NCBI RefSeq assembly: GCF_031291095.1 | Contig: NZ_JARLJR010000008.1 | Source of the DNA: Legionella sp. | Lineage (GTDB): Bacteria; Pseudomonadota; Gammaproteobacteria; Legionellales; Legionellaceae | DNA length: 64,000 bases | Strand: one strand, 5' to 3' | Shown here: piece after piece, positions 29,272 to 39,076 of the stretch | Layout: the number at the start of each line of letters is the position of its first letter | How positions within the stretch are numbered: the stretch's first letter is position 1 | The notes under the pieces: generated by a model | Database searches by the model: none | Told to the model about the DNA's origin: nothing | Seen by the model: only the letters and a program-made list of their open reading frames with translations | Translations under genes and position numbers: made by a program

Positions 29272-30175
29272 TTTTTATAAGATCCAAAAAGAGTTCTTCC
29301 AAGCGATTTGTTTTATTACGCATACTGCTAATGTTGATGCCGTGCCTGGATAAGATAGTAAAAACCGCATTTAAGCTGTCATGCGTATCAACACGAATTT
29401 CTAGGGTATTGCAATCAATAAGTGTGGCGTGTAAAGGGCTCACCTCAGGCAAGGCGTGAATTGGCTGCTCCGTATTGAAGATAAATGTTTGATGGCGTAG
29501 GGTTTGCAGTAAGGATTTCATGGAGCTGTTTTTAATAATTTGGCCCTGATCAATAATGGCAATATTTTTACATAGCTGCTCAGCCTCTTCCAAGTAATGA
29601 GTAGTCAGGATAATTGTGGTGCCTTCTTTATTAGTACGGGTTAAAAACTCCCACATACTGTGTCTGATTTCAATATCAACACCGGCGGTTGGTTCATCAA
29701 GAATTAAGACCCGAGGCTGATGTACTAGCGCTCTGGCGATCATTAAGCGGCGTTTCATTCCTCCAGATAAATGGCGGACAATTGAGTTGCGTTTATTCCA
29801 TAATCCGAGCTGATTTAGAAGCTCCTCCGCTTTGGGCAGGGCATTTTTTCGGGAAATCCCATAGTAACCAGCCTGGCTTAATAAAACTTGCAGGCAGGTC
29901 TCGAAAATATTCAAATTAATTTCTTGGGGCACTAAGCCCAGGCATGATTTTGCTTTTTCAGCATCTTTTTCCAGGTCATAACCACAAATACTAATTGCCC
30001 CAGAAGTTTTCGTAAGTAAGGTACTTATTAAGCCAATCGTAGTTGATTTTCCTGCGCCATTAGCGCCAAGAAGGGCAAAAAAATCCCCTTTTTGTATCGT
30101 TAAATCAATGCCTTTAAGAGCCTGGACTCCATTGGCATAAGTTTTGGATAGCTGTTTAATGTCTAAGGCATGCAT
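29261..30175 (-). CDS. yadG: ABC transporter ATP-binding protein (YadG-like)
   Basis: GANGAGKST, LSGGMKRR, LILDEPT, TTHY; likely start ATG 30175 (track start 30211). Confidence 0.9.
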   Translation of the reverse strand: MHALDIKQLSKTYANGVQALKGIDLTIQKGDFFALLGANGAGKSTTIGLISTLLTKTSGAISICGYDLEKDAEKAKSCLGLVPQEINLNIFETCLQVLLSQAGYYGISRKNALPKAEELLNQLGLWNKRNSIVRHLSGGMKRRLMIARALVHQPRVLILDEPTAGVDIEIRHSMWEFLTRTNKEGTTIILTTHYLEEAEQLCKNIAIIDQGQIIKNSSMKSLLQTLRHQTFIFNTEQPIHALPEVSPLHATLIDCNTLEIRVDTHDSLNAVFTILSRHGINISSMRNKTNRLEELFLDLIKNGH

Positions 30176-30249
30176 ATAGAATTGTGGGAAGATAAAAATA
30201 TCATTATACACAATAATCGCATAATCATGCTGGTAAATTCTCCTTTTGG

Positions 30250-30273
30250 GGAGGAGGAGTAAACTCCTCCTCC
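30250..30273. other. Perfect 10-bp GC-rich hairpin with no U-tract
   Basis: GGAGGAGGAG-TAAA-CTCCTCCTCC in the gap between the oxygenase and yadG. Confidence 0.55.
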
Positions 30274-30393
30274 GAGCTCTTCAATTACAACTCTTCGAGC
30301 CTCTAGTTGTTTCATGAGTTGAGCGAGTAGCTCTGGAGCATTTTCTGTTTGCGGCAGTTATTCCCTATTCATTAAGGGATTATTGTTGGTTGT

Positions 30394-31008
30394 TTATTGT
30401 GCAATATTGGTGGGTCTTGTTTTCATCCAACCGGTGATGCTGTATCGTGTTTGATGGGTAGTTGCAACCTCGTGTGGTAATTCGCTATTAAAACAAATAA
30501 GTCGATTTCCTCTGGGGCTAACGTTTTCAAGTGGGTGGTTATTGGTATCATAAAGGATTAATTGACCGCCGTACTCATCTTGCCAGTCTTCATTTAGATA
30601 ATAAACAAAGGATACTTTTCTGGTTTTTTGTGCTGCAAATTGGTCGATATGCTTTTTGTAAAAAGTACCGGGTTGGTAACTTGCAAAATGTGTTTCAAAT
30701 TCATGTAAGCCAAGAAATAGATTTTGATTGAGAATTTGGCATAGCTGATGAATTTGACTTGCAAAAAATTGTATTGCTGGGTCTTGATTATCTGTTCCTA
30801 GCCATAAAATTTCATCGGTACGGATGGCATTATTTTGCTGCGAACTAACATTAAGACCAATTTTAGCGCTGCGAAATAAACCTTGCTCATATAATGCTTT
30901 CGCCGTAGCGCGAAGCGAAAAATAATAGTCTTGGGATAAGAACCCATCGAGGAGATGAAATCCTTGATTACAAAGATCATCAATAAGTCGCTCGGTATTT
31001 TGTAGCAT
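30394..31008 (-). CDS. 2OG-Fe(II) oxygenase, prolyl-4-hydroxylase (SM-20/EGLN-like)
   Basis: YKKHID (HxD), YLNEDW..EYGGQL, PHEV, RYSITGW. Confidence 0.9.
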   Translation of the reverse strand: MLQNTERLIDDLCNQGFHLLDGFLSQDYYFSLRATAKALYEQGLFRSAKIGLNVSSQQNNAIRTDEILWLGTDNQDPAIQFFASQIHQLCQILNQNLFLGLHEFETHFASYQPGTFYKKHIDQFAAQKTRKVSFVYYLNEDWQDEYGGQLILYDTNNHPLENVSPRGNRLICFNSELPHEVATTHQTRYSITGWMKTRPTNIAQ

Positions 31009-31748
31009 TAGCGTCCTTCAAGAAGATATTGATGTTCACGCCACTGTGGCATAAATTGGCTCATGAACCCATAAAATCGTTTGTTATGGCTGGGTTCCAG
31101 GATATGAACTAATTCGTGGACCAATACATACTCCAAGCAAATTTGCGGTTTTTTAATGAGATTCAGATTTAACCAAATGCGTGCTGCATGAGGATTACAG
31201 GAACCCCAGCGTGTTTTCATTTTTTTGATGCCCCATTGCTTGGTTTTGACGCCAATAATTGTTTCCCAATGCAGAATGAGCTGTGGCAACAACAGTTCCA
31301 TTTGGCGTTTGTACCAAGCATCAAGCAGTGCTTGCAGTTGTGCTGATGAACTATCGGGACGGGTGTAACAGTGTATGAGTTCATCTGCTAGTTGCACATG
31401 ATTTGGGCCATGGTGCTCTTCAATGATTAATAAGTAATTCCTTCCCATAAAAGGTATTGATACACCCGTTTGTAAGGGCGGACTTTCTAAGGGGGCGCGA
31501 TTACGAATACGCTCACGGTGCTCATGAATCCATGCTTTTTTTTCTTCCAAGGTTTTACGGATTAAGCGTTCACTATATTTTAGGGGGGCGCTGACCCGGA
31601 CTAAACCATCAGGGGGATAAATGCGCAGATTCATGTTTTTTATGGGCTTTCTTAAGACTTCAATAGAAATGCCATCTAATTCGATAATCATACAACGGGA
31701 GAAGGAGGCTCGTTTTTCCCATTTTACTCTCTTTCTGTAGGGATACAA
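31008..31748 (-). CDS. YgjP-like M48/SprT-related metal-dependent hydrolase
   Basis: [18 protein letters not shown]...HNKRFY; true start may be ATG 31691. Confidence 0.88.
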   Translation of the reverse strand: MYPYRKRVKWEKRASFSRCMIIELDGISIEVLRKPIKNMNLRIYPPDGLVRVSAPLKYSERLIRKTLEEKKAWIHEHRERIRNRAPLESPPLQTGVSIPFMGRNYLLIIEEHHGPNHVQLADELIHCYTRPDSSSAQLQALLDAWYKRQMELLLPQLILHWETIIGVKTKQWGIKKMKTRWGSCNPHAARIWLNLNLIKKPQICLEYVLVHELVHILEPSHNKRFYGFMSQFMPQWREHQYLLEGR

Positions 31749-32008
31749 GGACTGTCTATATATTCACCATTAATGTTTAAGACCATATTTACATTAGCCC
31801 GTTGATAGCGGGTTAAAATGTCATATTGTTCTTTGGTAACGTAGCCGTATGAGTCATTGCAATAAACCAATGAGTGAGCGTAGGGTCTTGGTGCCACTTG
31901 GATGGGGATGTCACATTCCCAGCGAAATTGGGTTAAGTCACAGTTTGCAAATGCGGTTGGGAGAGGCAAAAGTGATAACGCGATTAGGAACAAATAGTTT
32001 TTTCTCAT
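31724..32008 (-). CDS. Small exported protein with four Cys
   Basis: Signal peptide (..PTAFA-N); 94 aa; no recognised family. Confidence 0.7.
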   Translation of the reverse strand: MRKNYLFLIALSLLPLPTAFANCDLTQFRWECDIPIQVAPRPYAHSLVYCNDSYGYVTKEQYDILTRYQRANVNMVLNINGEYIDSPCIPTERE

Positions 32009-32096
32009 TATGCACCTTAAGGAATATATATATTTATTTTTTTTAAGTATAGGATAATAATCTTAAAAAGTTTGTTGTTTGCATGCAAGGATTGTT

Positions 32097-32963
32097 ATGC
32101 TTTCTTCTAGTTCTGAATATCTTATGGCTCTGCGTGAACGAGATTTTCTTCTCTTTTTGGAGTGGCCTAATTTTGTTGCCAAAAAATATGGGAGACCTGA
32201 TGAACCCTTAGGTGGTGATGCACTTATGGATTGCTTGGTTTTTGAATGGCTAAGTTATGGTTTTCGTGATGAAGATATCGAGCACATGGCTATTCTCTAT
32301 GCTATTTCTGAATTAACTACGCTGTTGCATTCTGGTGTATTAATGTATCAATTAATGACAACCACCTCCGCGTTATTTTCATGCATGGCTTTTCACACGC
32401 TTCATTTAGATGACACGAATTTTCCTGTGGGAATGAATGAGCGCGAGATTTTTAAATTTATGGATGAAAAAACGAGAATTGAGGGAGGAAGTCCTACTCT
32501 TTTTAACGAGAGCACTAGCTTAGTTCGCCATGATTTTTTAAAACGTACTTCCTTGATTAATGAGTCGCAAGTATTTATTTCGTGTAAAAAAATATACGAT
32601 ATTAACTTTGTACTGCATGAAGTGAGTGAATATAAGGATAAGCTTTATCGAGAAGAAGATAAGGAAAAGGGCAATAGTTTGTGTTATACCCGTTTGGGAA
32701 TTGTGGAGGCCTTTCTGTCTTATTTAAAGGGACAGACTGAGCTAGGGGATAAAGCATTATCCGAAATAAATAACTATGTGACACTGCTTCGTAAAGCCCA
32801 GCCGAAGAAGTGGGAGGAAAAGTATTTAGATAAGATTGCTCCGCCTTCATTCTTCATGCAGGTATCAAAGACCCTGTTAACGTATTGTGCGTTCTTTTTT
32901 TCTAAAATAATTCCTGGACCTTTGGGGGAACATAAGGCTGAAGCGACGCCTCAGGTGGGCTAA
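32097..32963 (+). CDS. Probable Dot/Icm effector, Lpg0393-like (VPS9-like Rab GEF family)
   Basis: ~288 aa helical protein between the oxygenase/YgjP genes and ogt, the recalled position and size of lpg0393; ATG 32097 with AAGGA RBS. Call rests on synteny. Confidence 0.55.
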   Translation: MLSSSSEYLMALRERDFLLFLEWPNFVAKKYGRPDEPLGGDALMDCLVFEWLSYGFRDEDIEHMAILYAISELTTLLHSGVLMYQLMTTTSALFSCMAFHTLHLDDTNFPVGMNEREIFKFMDEKTRIEGGSPTLFNESTSLVRHDFLKRTSLINESQVFISCKKIYDINFVLHEVSEYKDKLYREEDKEKGNSLCYTRLGIVEAFLSYLKGQTELGDKALSEINNYVTLLRKAQPKKWEEKYLDKIAPPSFFMQVSKTLLTYCAFFFSKIIPGPLGEHKAEATPQVG

Positions 32964-33008
32964 TCTAGCAAGCGTTGGCATTAAATTAAGGACATTTTGT
33001 AATGATAC

Positions 33009-33077
33009 GTAGGGTTGGACACATGGCCCAACATTGAGTTCTGTGGCTCGATGCGTTATTGGGGGGGCAACACCTAC
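33009..33077. repeat. Degenerate GTAG-type REP doublet between convergent genes
   Basis: GTAGGGTTGGACACATGGCCCAAC ... GGGCAACACCTAC. Confidence 0.45.
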
Positions 33078-33099
33078 AACATATAAATATAATCCGTGT

Positions 33100-33582
33100 C
33101 TATCGCTTCATTGGCGTCTCATGAGCCAATAACGCGTCTTTATAATGTAAGGCATCAGGACTTCCCATATATCCACCCAAACCATTTTTCCCGACAACAC
33201 GATGACAGGGGATAAATAACGCCAATGGGTTGCGCTTACAGGCTTGGCCGACCGCTCTAGGGCTACTTTGTAATATTAATGCCAGTTCACCGTAAGTAAT
33301 TGTACGCCCGATAGGAATAACTAATAGGGCATTTAATACTTTTTGCAGATAGGCGCTGCCTTGCGGTTTTAGCTGCAATTGAAAGCGATGATTAGGGTTG
33401 GCGATATAAGACGCTAACTCGTGTTGAATTAAATCAGATAGAGGATGATTGATTGAGGGGCCTGAATCTTGAGTGAAAAAAGAGCGATAAACAAAATGCT
33501 CATCGAATTCAACTGCGAGCTTACCCCAGGGGGTAGGAAAGATAGAGACAATAAGATTAGTTGTCAGATTAATTTTTATCAT
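33100..33582 (-). CDS. ogt: Methylated-DNA--protein-cysteine methyltransferase
   Basis: TYGELA, RAVGQA, IPCHRVV active site. Confidence 0.95.
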   Translation of the reverse strand: MIKINLTTNLIVSIFPTPWGKLAVEFDEHFVYRSFFTQDSGPSINHPLSDLIQHELASYIANPNHRFQLQLKPQGSAYLQKVLNALLVIPIGRTITYGELALILQSSPRAVGQACKRNPLALFIPCHRVVGKNGLGGYMGSPDALHYKDALLAHETPMKR

Positions 33583-33668
33583 ACAACCACCTCATTTGAA
33601 GCATGTTGTGCAGACAAGTGAGATACTTGCATCCCTCTCCTGTGACAGGAAAAGAGATGCAGAGTGAA

Positions 33669-34034
33669 TTAATCAGCTTTTTTAGTTGCTAATTTTTCTT
33701 TGATACGTGCAGCACGGCCTGCTAAATTACGTAGGTAATATAGTTTAGCGCGACGTACATCACCACGTCTTTTTACAGTAATACTGTCAACGATTGGGCT
33801 GTAAGTTTGGAACACACGCTCAACACCAACGTTGTGAGAAATTTTACGTACAGTGAACGCAGAGTTCAAACCACGATTACGCTTAGCAATTACAATACCT
33901 TCAAAAGCCTGTAAACGCTCACGGGTTCCTTCAATTACTTTCACTTGAACCACAACAGTATCACCTGGGCTAAACTCAGGAATTTCTTTACCCTGCATTT
34001 GCTCGGCATTTAGTTGGTCAATAATATTAGTCAT
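33669..34034 (-). CDS. rplS: 50S ribosomal protein L19
   Basis: [27 protein letters not shown]. Confidence 0.99.
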   Translation of the reverse strand: MTNIIDQLNAEQMQGKEIPEFSPGDTVVVQVKVIEGTRERLQAFEGIVIAKRNRGLNSAFTVRKISHNVGVERVFQTYSPIVDSITVKRRGDVRRAKLYYLRNLAGRAARIKEKLATKKAD

Positions 34035-34070
34035 GGACTACTCCTCAAATTGGTCTCCCTAGATTAGAGG

Positions 34071-34820
34071 CTAGGAAATACCGTGTTCGCACTTAAACTC
34101 AGCAAGCAATTGCTGGTCTGTTTTATTTAATTCTATTTTTTCCAGTAAATCTGGTCGCTTAAGCCAGGTTTTACCTAGAGATTGTTTTCTGCGCCACAAT
34201 TCGATTTCTTTATGATTTCCGCCTAATAAAACAGGAGGAACATCTAATTCGTTAATCGTTGCCGGTCGTGTGTAGTGAGGACAATCCAGCAAACCATTCA
34301 TAAATGAATCTTGTTCTGCTGAACCAAGGTGTCCCAAACTGCCTGGTATCAAACGAATAATCGCATCGATAAATACCGTAGCGGCCAATTCACCACCACT
34401 TAAAACAAAATCTCCAAGAGACCATTCTTCATCAACGTATTGTTGAAGAATGCGCTCATCAATTCCTTCATATCGCCCAGCAATAAATAGCAATGGTTGC
34501 GTGTCATTTGCCACTTGGTTTAAGTCGTGCTGGCGAATCACCTTTCCTTGCGGGCTAAGGTAAATCGTTTTGCAGTGACTTGGCATTTGACTACGAGCCT
34601 GCATAATTGCTGCTTGCAAGGGCTCATACATCATGACCATTCCTGGCCCACCACCGTAGGGTTTATCATCAACCTGCCGATATGGCCTTGAAGCCCAATC
34701 ACGTGGATTCCAGTGCTCTATTTTAACCAAGCCTTGCTCTATAGCTCTACCCGTAATGCCATAATTTAAGGCATTAAGTATTTCGGGTATTAAAGTGATG
34801 ACTCCAAGATGAAGCGCCAC
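34071..34820 (-). CDS. trmD: tRNA (guanine-N1)-methyltransferase
   Basis: VDDKPYGGGPGM, GRYEGIDER, DFVLSGGE. Confidence 0.99.
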   Translation of the reverse strand: MALHLGVITLIPEILNALNYGITGRAIEQGLVKIEHWNPRDWASRPYRQVDDKPYGGGPGMVMMYEPLQAAIMQARSQMPSHCKTIYLSPQGKVIRQHDLNQVANDTQPLLFIAGRYEGIDERILQQYVDEEWSLGDFVLSGGELAATVFIDAIIRLIPGSLGHLGSAEQDSFMNGLLDCPHYTRPATINELDVPPVLLGGNHKEIELWRRKQSLGKTWLKRPDLLEKIELNKTDQQLLAEFKCEHGIS

Positions 34821-35330
34821 TTAAAAATCCAGGTCCCAATCAACAGTAATAAGTTGTTGGCTGAGATTAACATCTAATATGAATTGGCCAGGTAAATAAG
34901 GGATTAAATGCCTTTTTTCGCCTTGCACTACTAACACATCATTAGAGCCAGTTGGAATGATCTCAGTTACTTTACCAAAAGATTCTCCTTTGGAGTTCAC
35001 TACATTCACGCCAATTAACTGATGCCAGTAATATTCGCCAGAGTCCAGTTCTTCAAGCTGTGCTCGCTGAACCGCGATCTCTACATTAGTTAGATGAGCT
35101 ACAGTTTCTCGCTCAGGATAACCTTCAATCTGGGCTATGATGGACTTAGTTTGCACTTCCGCATTAAGCAGCTTAATTGGTTGCCATTTATTATTAATAA
35201 AAGCATGCCAATCTTCGTACCTCAAGATATTATCGCGTGGCTCTGTGAAGGAATGAACCGTAACAAAGCCTTTAATACCATGTGGGCGCCCAAAACGACC
35301 AACGACTATCCAGTTTTCCTGATTACTCAC
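34821..35330 (-). CDS. rimM: Ribosome maturation factor RimM
   Basis: GRPHGIKG, EYYWHQLIG, TGSNDVL, LIPY. Confidence 0.98.
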   Translation of the reverse strand: MSNQENWIVVGRFGRPHGIKGFVTVHSFTEPRDNILRYEDWHAFINNKWQPIKLLNAEVQTKSIIAQIEGYPERETVAHLTNVEIAVQRAQLEELDSGEYYWHQLIGVNVVNSKGESFGKVTEIIPTGSNDVLVVQGEKRHLIPYLPGQFILDVNLSQQLITVDWDLDF

Positions 35331-35334
35331 GTTA

Positions 35335-35592
35335 TTAAGCAGCTTTATCTTTTTTGTTAAATTCTTTTACCAGTGCACTTACGCGATCAGATAATTGCGC
35401 GCCAACTTTTTGCCATTGGCTTAATTTATCTGCATCGATATGAATGCGCACTTCTTGTCCACGTGCTACAGGGTTGAAGTAACCAATAGACTCGATGTAA
35501 CTACCATCGCGACGCTTGCGGCTATCAGTAACAACTAGATGATAAAACGGACGCTTTTTTGCGCCACCTCGTGATAAACGTATAACGACCAT
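35335..35592 (-). CDS. rpsP: 30S ribosomal protein S16
   Basis: [31 protein letters not shown]. Confidence 0.99.
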   Translation of the reverse strand: MVVIRLSRGGAKKRPFYHLVVTDSRKRRDGSYIESIGYFNPVARGQEVRIHIDADKLSQWQKVGAQLSDRVSALVKEFNKKDKAA

Positions 35593-35730
35593 TATTTTCC
35601 TCTACTTTAGAGTGGTTACGTAAAAATGCCGTGTATTGTACGAAAATTAACTCGGCATGTGAAGTAATTCTTACGAATTATCTTAAAAAAATCGTACTGC
35701 GCTCATTTTTCTAACATTCTTCTTTAATAA

Positions 35731-37110
35731 TTACTTAAACTCATCCGGGAACATGCCCTTTAATCCGGCCATTCCCCCCAAACCCCGCATCATTTTTTGC
35801 ATGCCTCCAGGTTTGGTAAACTTCTTCATCATTTTTTGCATTTGTTCAAATTGCTTTAATAACTTATTAACATCCTGAATTTGGGTTCCTGAACCCAGAG
35901 CGATACGCTTTTTGCGTGAGCCCACAATCAATTTAGGGATACGGCGCTCTTTAGGCGTCATCGAGTTAATAATAGCAATTGTTTGAGCCATTGCTTTGTC
36001 GCTAACTTGCTTCATTGCTTGTTGCGGCATCATTTGGCTTACGCCGGGTAGCTTGCTCATCATACCGCTAATGCCGCCCATAGTGTTCATTTGTAATAGC
36101 TGTTGTTTGAAATCTTCCAAATCAAAGCCTTTACCTTTCTTTAATTTTTTAGCTAGTTTTTCACTGGCTTGTTTGTCTGCTTTACGCTCTACTTCTTCAA
36201 TCAGCGTAAGAATATCTCCCATCCCCAATATTCTTGAAGCAACACGTTCAGGGTGGAAGGGCTCTAGCGCCTCGATCTTTTCCCCACTTCCGATAAACTT
36301 AATGGGTTGACCTGTAATTTGTTTTACGGATAGGGCAGCACCACCACGCGCATCACCATCCGTTTTCGTAAGAATAACCCCAGTTAATGCTAAGGCCTCA
36401 TGAAATGCTTTCGCTGTGTTTGCCGCATCTTGTCCTGTCATGCTATCTACAACAAATAGAGTTTCTATTGGTTGTATTGCTTGATGCAGGCCTTTAAGTT
36501 CGGCCATCATTTCTGCATCAATGTGCAGACGGCCCGCGGTATCAATAAGGAGCACATCCATATATTGCTTTTTCGCACTATCAATTGCTTTCTGTGCAAT
36601 AGCTAATGGTTGCTCATGGGCTTCCGCTGGGAAAAAAGCGACATCAATTTGCTCGGCTAATACTTTTAGCTGTTGGATTGCTGCAGGCCGGTATACGTCG
36701 ACACTGGCAACCATGACTTTTTTATTTTCAGTTTCTTTTAGATAACGCGCAAGTTTTGCTGTGCTGGTTGTTTTACCAGAACCTTGCAATCCAGCCATTA
36801 AAAATATTGCAGGAGGCTGGGTTTTGAAATTGAGTTCGGCACGCTCACCACCCATGACTTGAATTAATTCATCATGGACAATTTTAACAAAGGCCTGATC
36901 TGGGTTTAAGTCGTTTAAAACTTCTTGCCCAAGCGCTTTTTGTTTTACCTGCTCAATAAACTCTTTAATAACAGGTAAGGCAACATCTGCCTCAATAAGT
37001 GAGAGTCTGACTTCACGTAAAGCGCTTTGTACATTCTCTTCTGTTAAGCGACCCTGTCCACGTAAATTTTTAAAGGTGCGGGTCAAGCGTTCGGTTAAGG
37101 TGTCAAACAT
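35731..37110 (-). CDS. ffh: Signal recognition particle protein
   Basis: GLQGSGKTT, DTAGR, TKTDGDARGG, M-domain with RKKRIALGSG. Confidence 0.99.
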   Translation of the reverse strand: MFDTLTERLTRTFKNLRGQGRLTEENVQSALREVRLSLIEADVALPVIKEFIEQVKQKALGQEVLNDLNPDQAFVKIVHDELIQVMGGERAELNFKTQPPAIFLMAGLQGSGKTTSTAKLARYLKETENKKVMVASVDVYRPAAIQQLKVLAEQIDVAFFPAEAHEQPLAIAQKAIDSAKKQYMDVLLIDTAGRLHIDAEMMAELKGLHQAIQPIETLFVVDSMTGQDAANTAKAFHEALALTGVILTKTDGDARGGAALSVKQITGQPIKFIGSGEKIEALEPFHPERVASRILGMGDILTLIEEVERKADKQASEKLAKKLKKGKGFDLEDFKQQLLQMNTMGGISGMMSKLPGVSQMMPQQAMKQVSDKAMAQTIAIINSMTPKERRIPKLIVGSRKKRIALGSGTQIQDVNKLLKQFEQMQKMMKKFTKPGGMQKMMRGLGGMAGLKGMFPDEFK

Positions 37111-37205
37111 GGTGATGGTACCCGAAAAAAATAGTCACTATAGCACATAGAGATTATATTTTGCCAGTCTGGAATGTGCTTGCTCGTAGTCGCTTAGATG
37201 GGGTA

Positions 37206-37304
37206 TGTCATCCTGATGAGTTTAAGACGAAGGATCTCCTGAATGTGACACAATATTAATTCCATGCCACATCTAGGAGATCCTTCGTGGTACTCGGTAG
37301 GACG
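37206..37304. repeat. CGTC-type REP doublet (REPIN-like)
   Basis: Perfect 14-bp IR ACGAAGGATCTCCT (37227-37240) / AGGAGATCCTTCGT (37275-37288), preceded by GTCATCCTGA. Confidence 0.75.
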
Positions 37305-37558
37305 TATCCCGCTATTACGCATTATTATAGTTCTTTATGGAATTGTTTCTTTCATAAAGAACGACAAAATTGCAGAGATTTTCTATTTAAATCGTGGTAT
37401 TTTAGCCCAGCGACAATGTTTATTGTTCTCTGTTCGTATTTTTCTAGGTTAATAACAGGGGATTTTGTTTATTTATTACGCTATTATTAAGGGTTTCTTA
37501 AGCTTTAGCCTATATAATAGGAGCTTCTGTGGGCCTAACACTGCAACGAAGGAATGCG

Positions 37559-38962
37559 ATGAGCAATAAAAAACACTCACTAACTATTTTTAGCTTGACC
37601 ATGATTACGGTTGGCTCTGTAGACAGCATCCGTAATTTACCAGCTACCGCTTTATTTGGCAGCCAACTTATATTTTATTTTGTTTTAGGCGCGCTATTTT
37701 TCTTGATTCCTACGGCCCTTGTTTCTGCGGAACTTGCTTCAGGCTGGGCTAAGCAAGGTGGAATTTATATTTGGGTTAAACAGGCATTTGGCAAAAAGAT
37801 AGGGTTTTTGGCCATTTGGTTGCAGTGGATTGAGAATGTAATTTGGTATCCTACCATCTTATCTTTTGTTGCAGGCACTATTGGTTATTTAATCAATCCG
37901 GCCTTAACCAGCAATCCATATTTTCTCTGGGCCGTCATCGTGAGTTGTTTTTGGGGGGCCACCTTACTTAATTTACGCGGCATGAGTTCCTCCGCTATGT
38001 TTAGTAATCTGTGTTCACTGGCTGGTTTATTATTGCCTATGTCTCTGATTATTGGCTTGGGCGTGGCTTGGATTGCTCAAGGAAATCCATTGCAAGTTCA
38101 ATTTGATGTACCCAGTATTGTTCCCCATTTATCGGATCAATCAATGTGGGTATCCTTAACGGCAATTATCATGTCGTTTTGCGGTATTGAGATTGCAACG
38201 GTTCATGCAAATGATGTGAAAAATCCACAAAATGCCTTTCCTAAAGTTTTGGTTTATTCCGTAGGAATTATTTTAAGTACGCTGATTCTGGGCTCTTTAG
38301 CAATTGCCATTGTATTGCCACAAAATGACATCAATTTAGTTGCTGGAATTATGCAAGCTTTTGAAGCGTTTTTCTCCAGTTATCATATGACCTGGATGAT
38401 GCCTGTGGTTGCCGTCATGCTGGTGTTAGGTGGTCTTGGTGGGGTGAGTAATTGGATTATCGCACCGACGACAGGGTTATTAGTTGCCGCGGAAGATGGT
38501 AATTTACCGAGCGCATTCCAAAAGACTAATGCGAATGGTGCACCAGTAGTAATGTTATATACCCAAGCAACGATTGTAACATTGTTATCGGGTCTGTTCT
38601 TATTTATGCCCAGTGTTAATGGTTCTTATTGGTTGTTAACTGCCTTAGCGGCACAGCTGTATATGTTGATGTACTTCATTATGTTTGTTGCGGCGATTAA
38701 ATTGCGCTTATCTGAGCCTGACCATCCACGTGCATTTAAGATTCCCGGGGGAATGTTTGGAATGTTATTTGTTGCTGGGGTAGGTATTATCGGTGTATGT
38801 GCTACTTTAGCCGTAAGCTTTATTCCTCCCGATGGGATTGATGTCGGTAGCTTGGCGCGTTATGAGTGTACCCTGATTTTTGGTTTGCTCTTGATGTGTT
38901 CCCCGCCGTTTATTAGTTCTTGGCTGCAGGCCAAAACTCCCGATATGGAGCCGGCCGTTTAA
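37559..38962 (+). CDS. APC family amino acid permease/antiporter (GadC-like)
   Basis: 12-TM profile, SAELASGW..GGIYIWV, SFCGIE; ATG 37559 with AAGGA RBS. Confidence 0.92.
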   Translation: MSNKKHSLTIFSLTMITVGSVDSIRNLPATALFGSQLIFYFVLGALFFLIPTALVSAELASGWAKQGGIYIWVKQAFGKKIGFLAIWLQWIENVIWYPTILSFVAGTIGYLINPALTSNPYFLWAVIVSCFWGATLLNLRGMSSSAMFSNLCSLAGLLLPMSLIIGLGVAWIAQGNPLQVQFDVPSIVPHLSDQSMWVSLTAIIMSFCGIEIATVHANDVKNPQNAFPKVLVYSVGIILSTLILGSLAIAIVLPQNDINLVAGIMQAFEAFFSSYHMTWMMPVVAVMLVLGGLGGVSNWIIAPTTGLLVAAEDGNLPSAFQKTNANGAPVVMLYTQATIVTLLSGLFLFMPSVNGSYWLLTALAAQLYMLMYFIMFVAAIKLRLSEPDHPRAFKIPGGMFGMLFVAGVGIIGVCATLAVSFIPPDGIDVGSLARYECTLIFGLLLMCSPPFISSWLQAKTPDMEPAV

Positions 38963-39004
38963 TTTAATCGGCTCCTCCGCGCTTTCTGCCGCTAAGTTAG
39001 GATT

Positions 39005-39026
39005 GTAATCCCTGCGCAGGCGGGGA
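39005..39026 (+). repeat. Degenerate CGTC-family REP-like hairpin
   Basis: GTAATCCCTGCGCAGGCGGGGA resembles GTCATTCCCGCGCAGGCGGGAA-type repeats. Confidence 0.4.
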
Positions 39027-39076
39027 GCGCTAGCATGATTTTTAATGGGCCATGTCCCAATCTAGGCGCCAATAAA

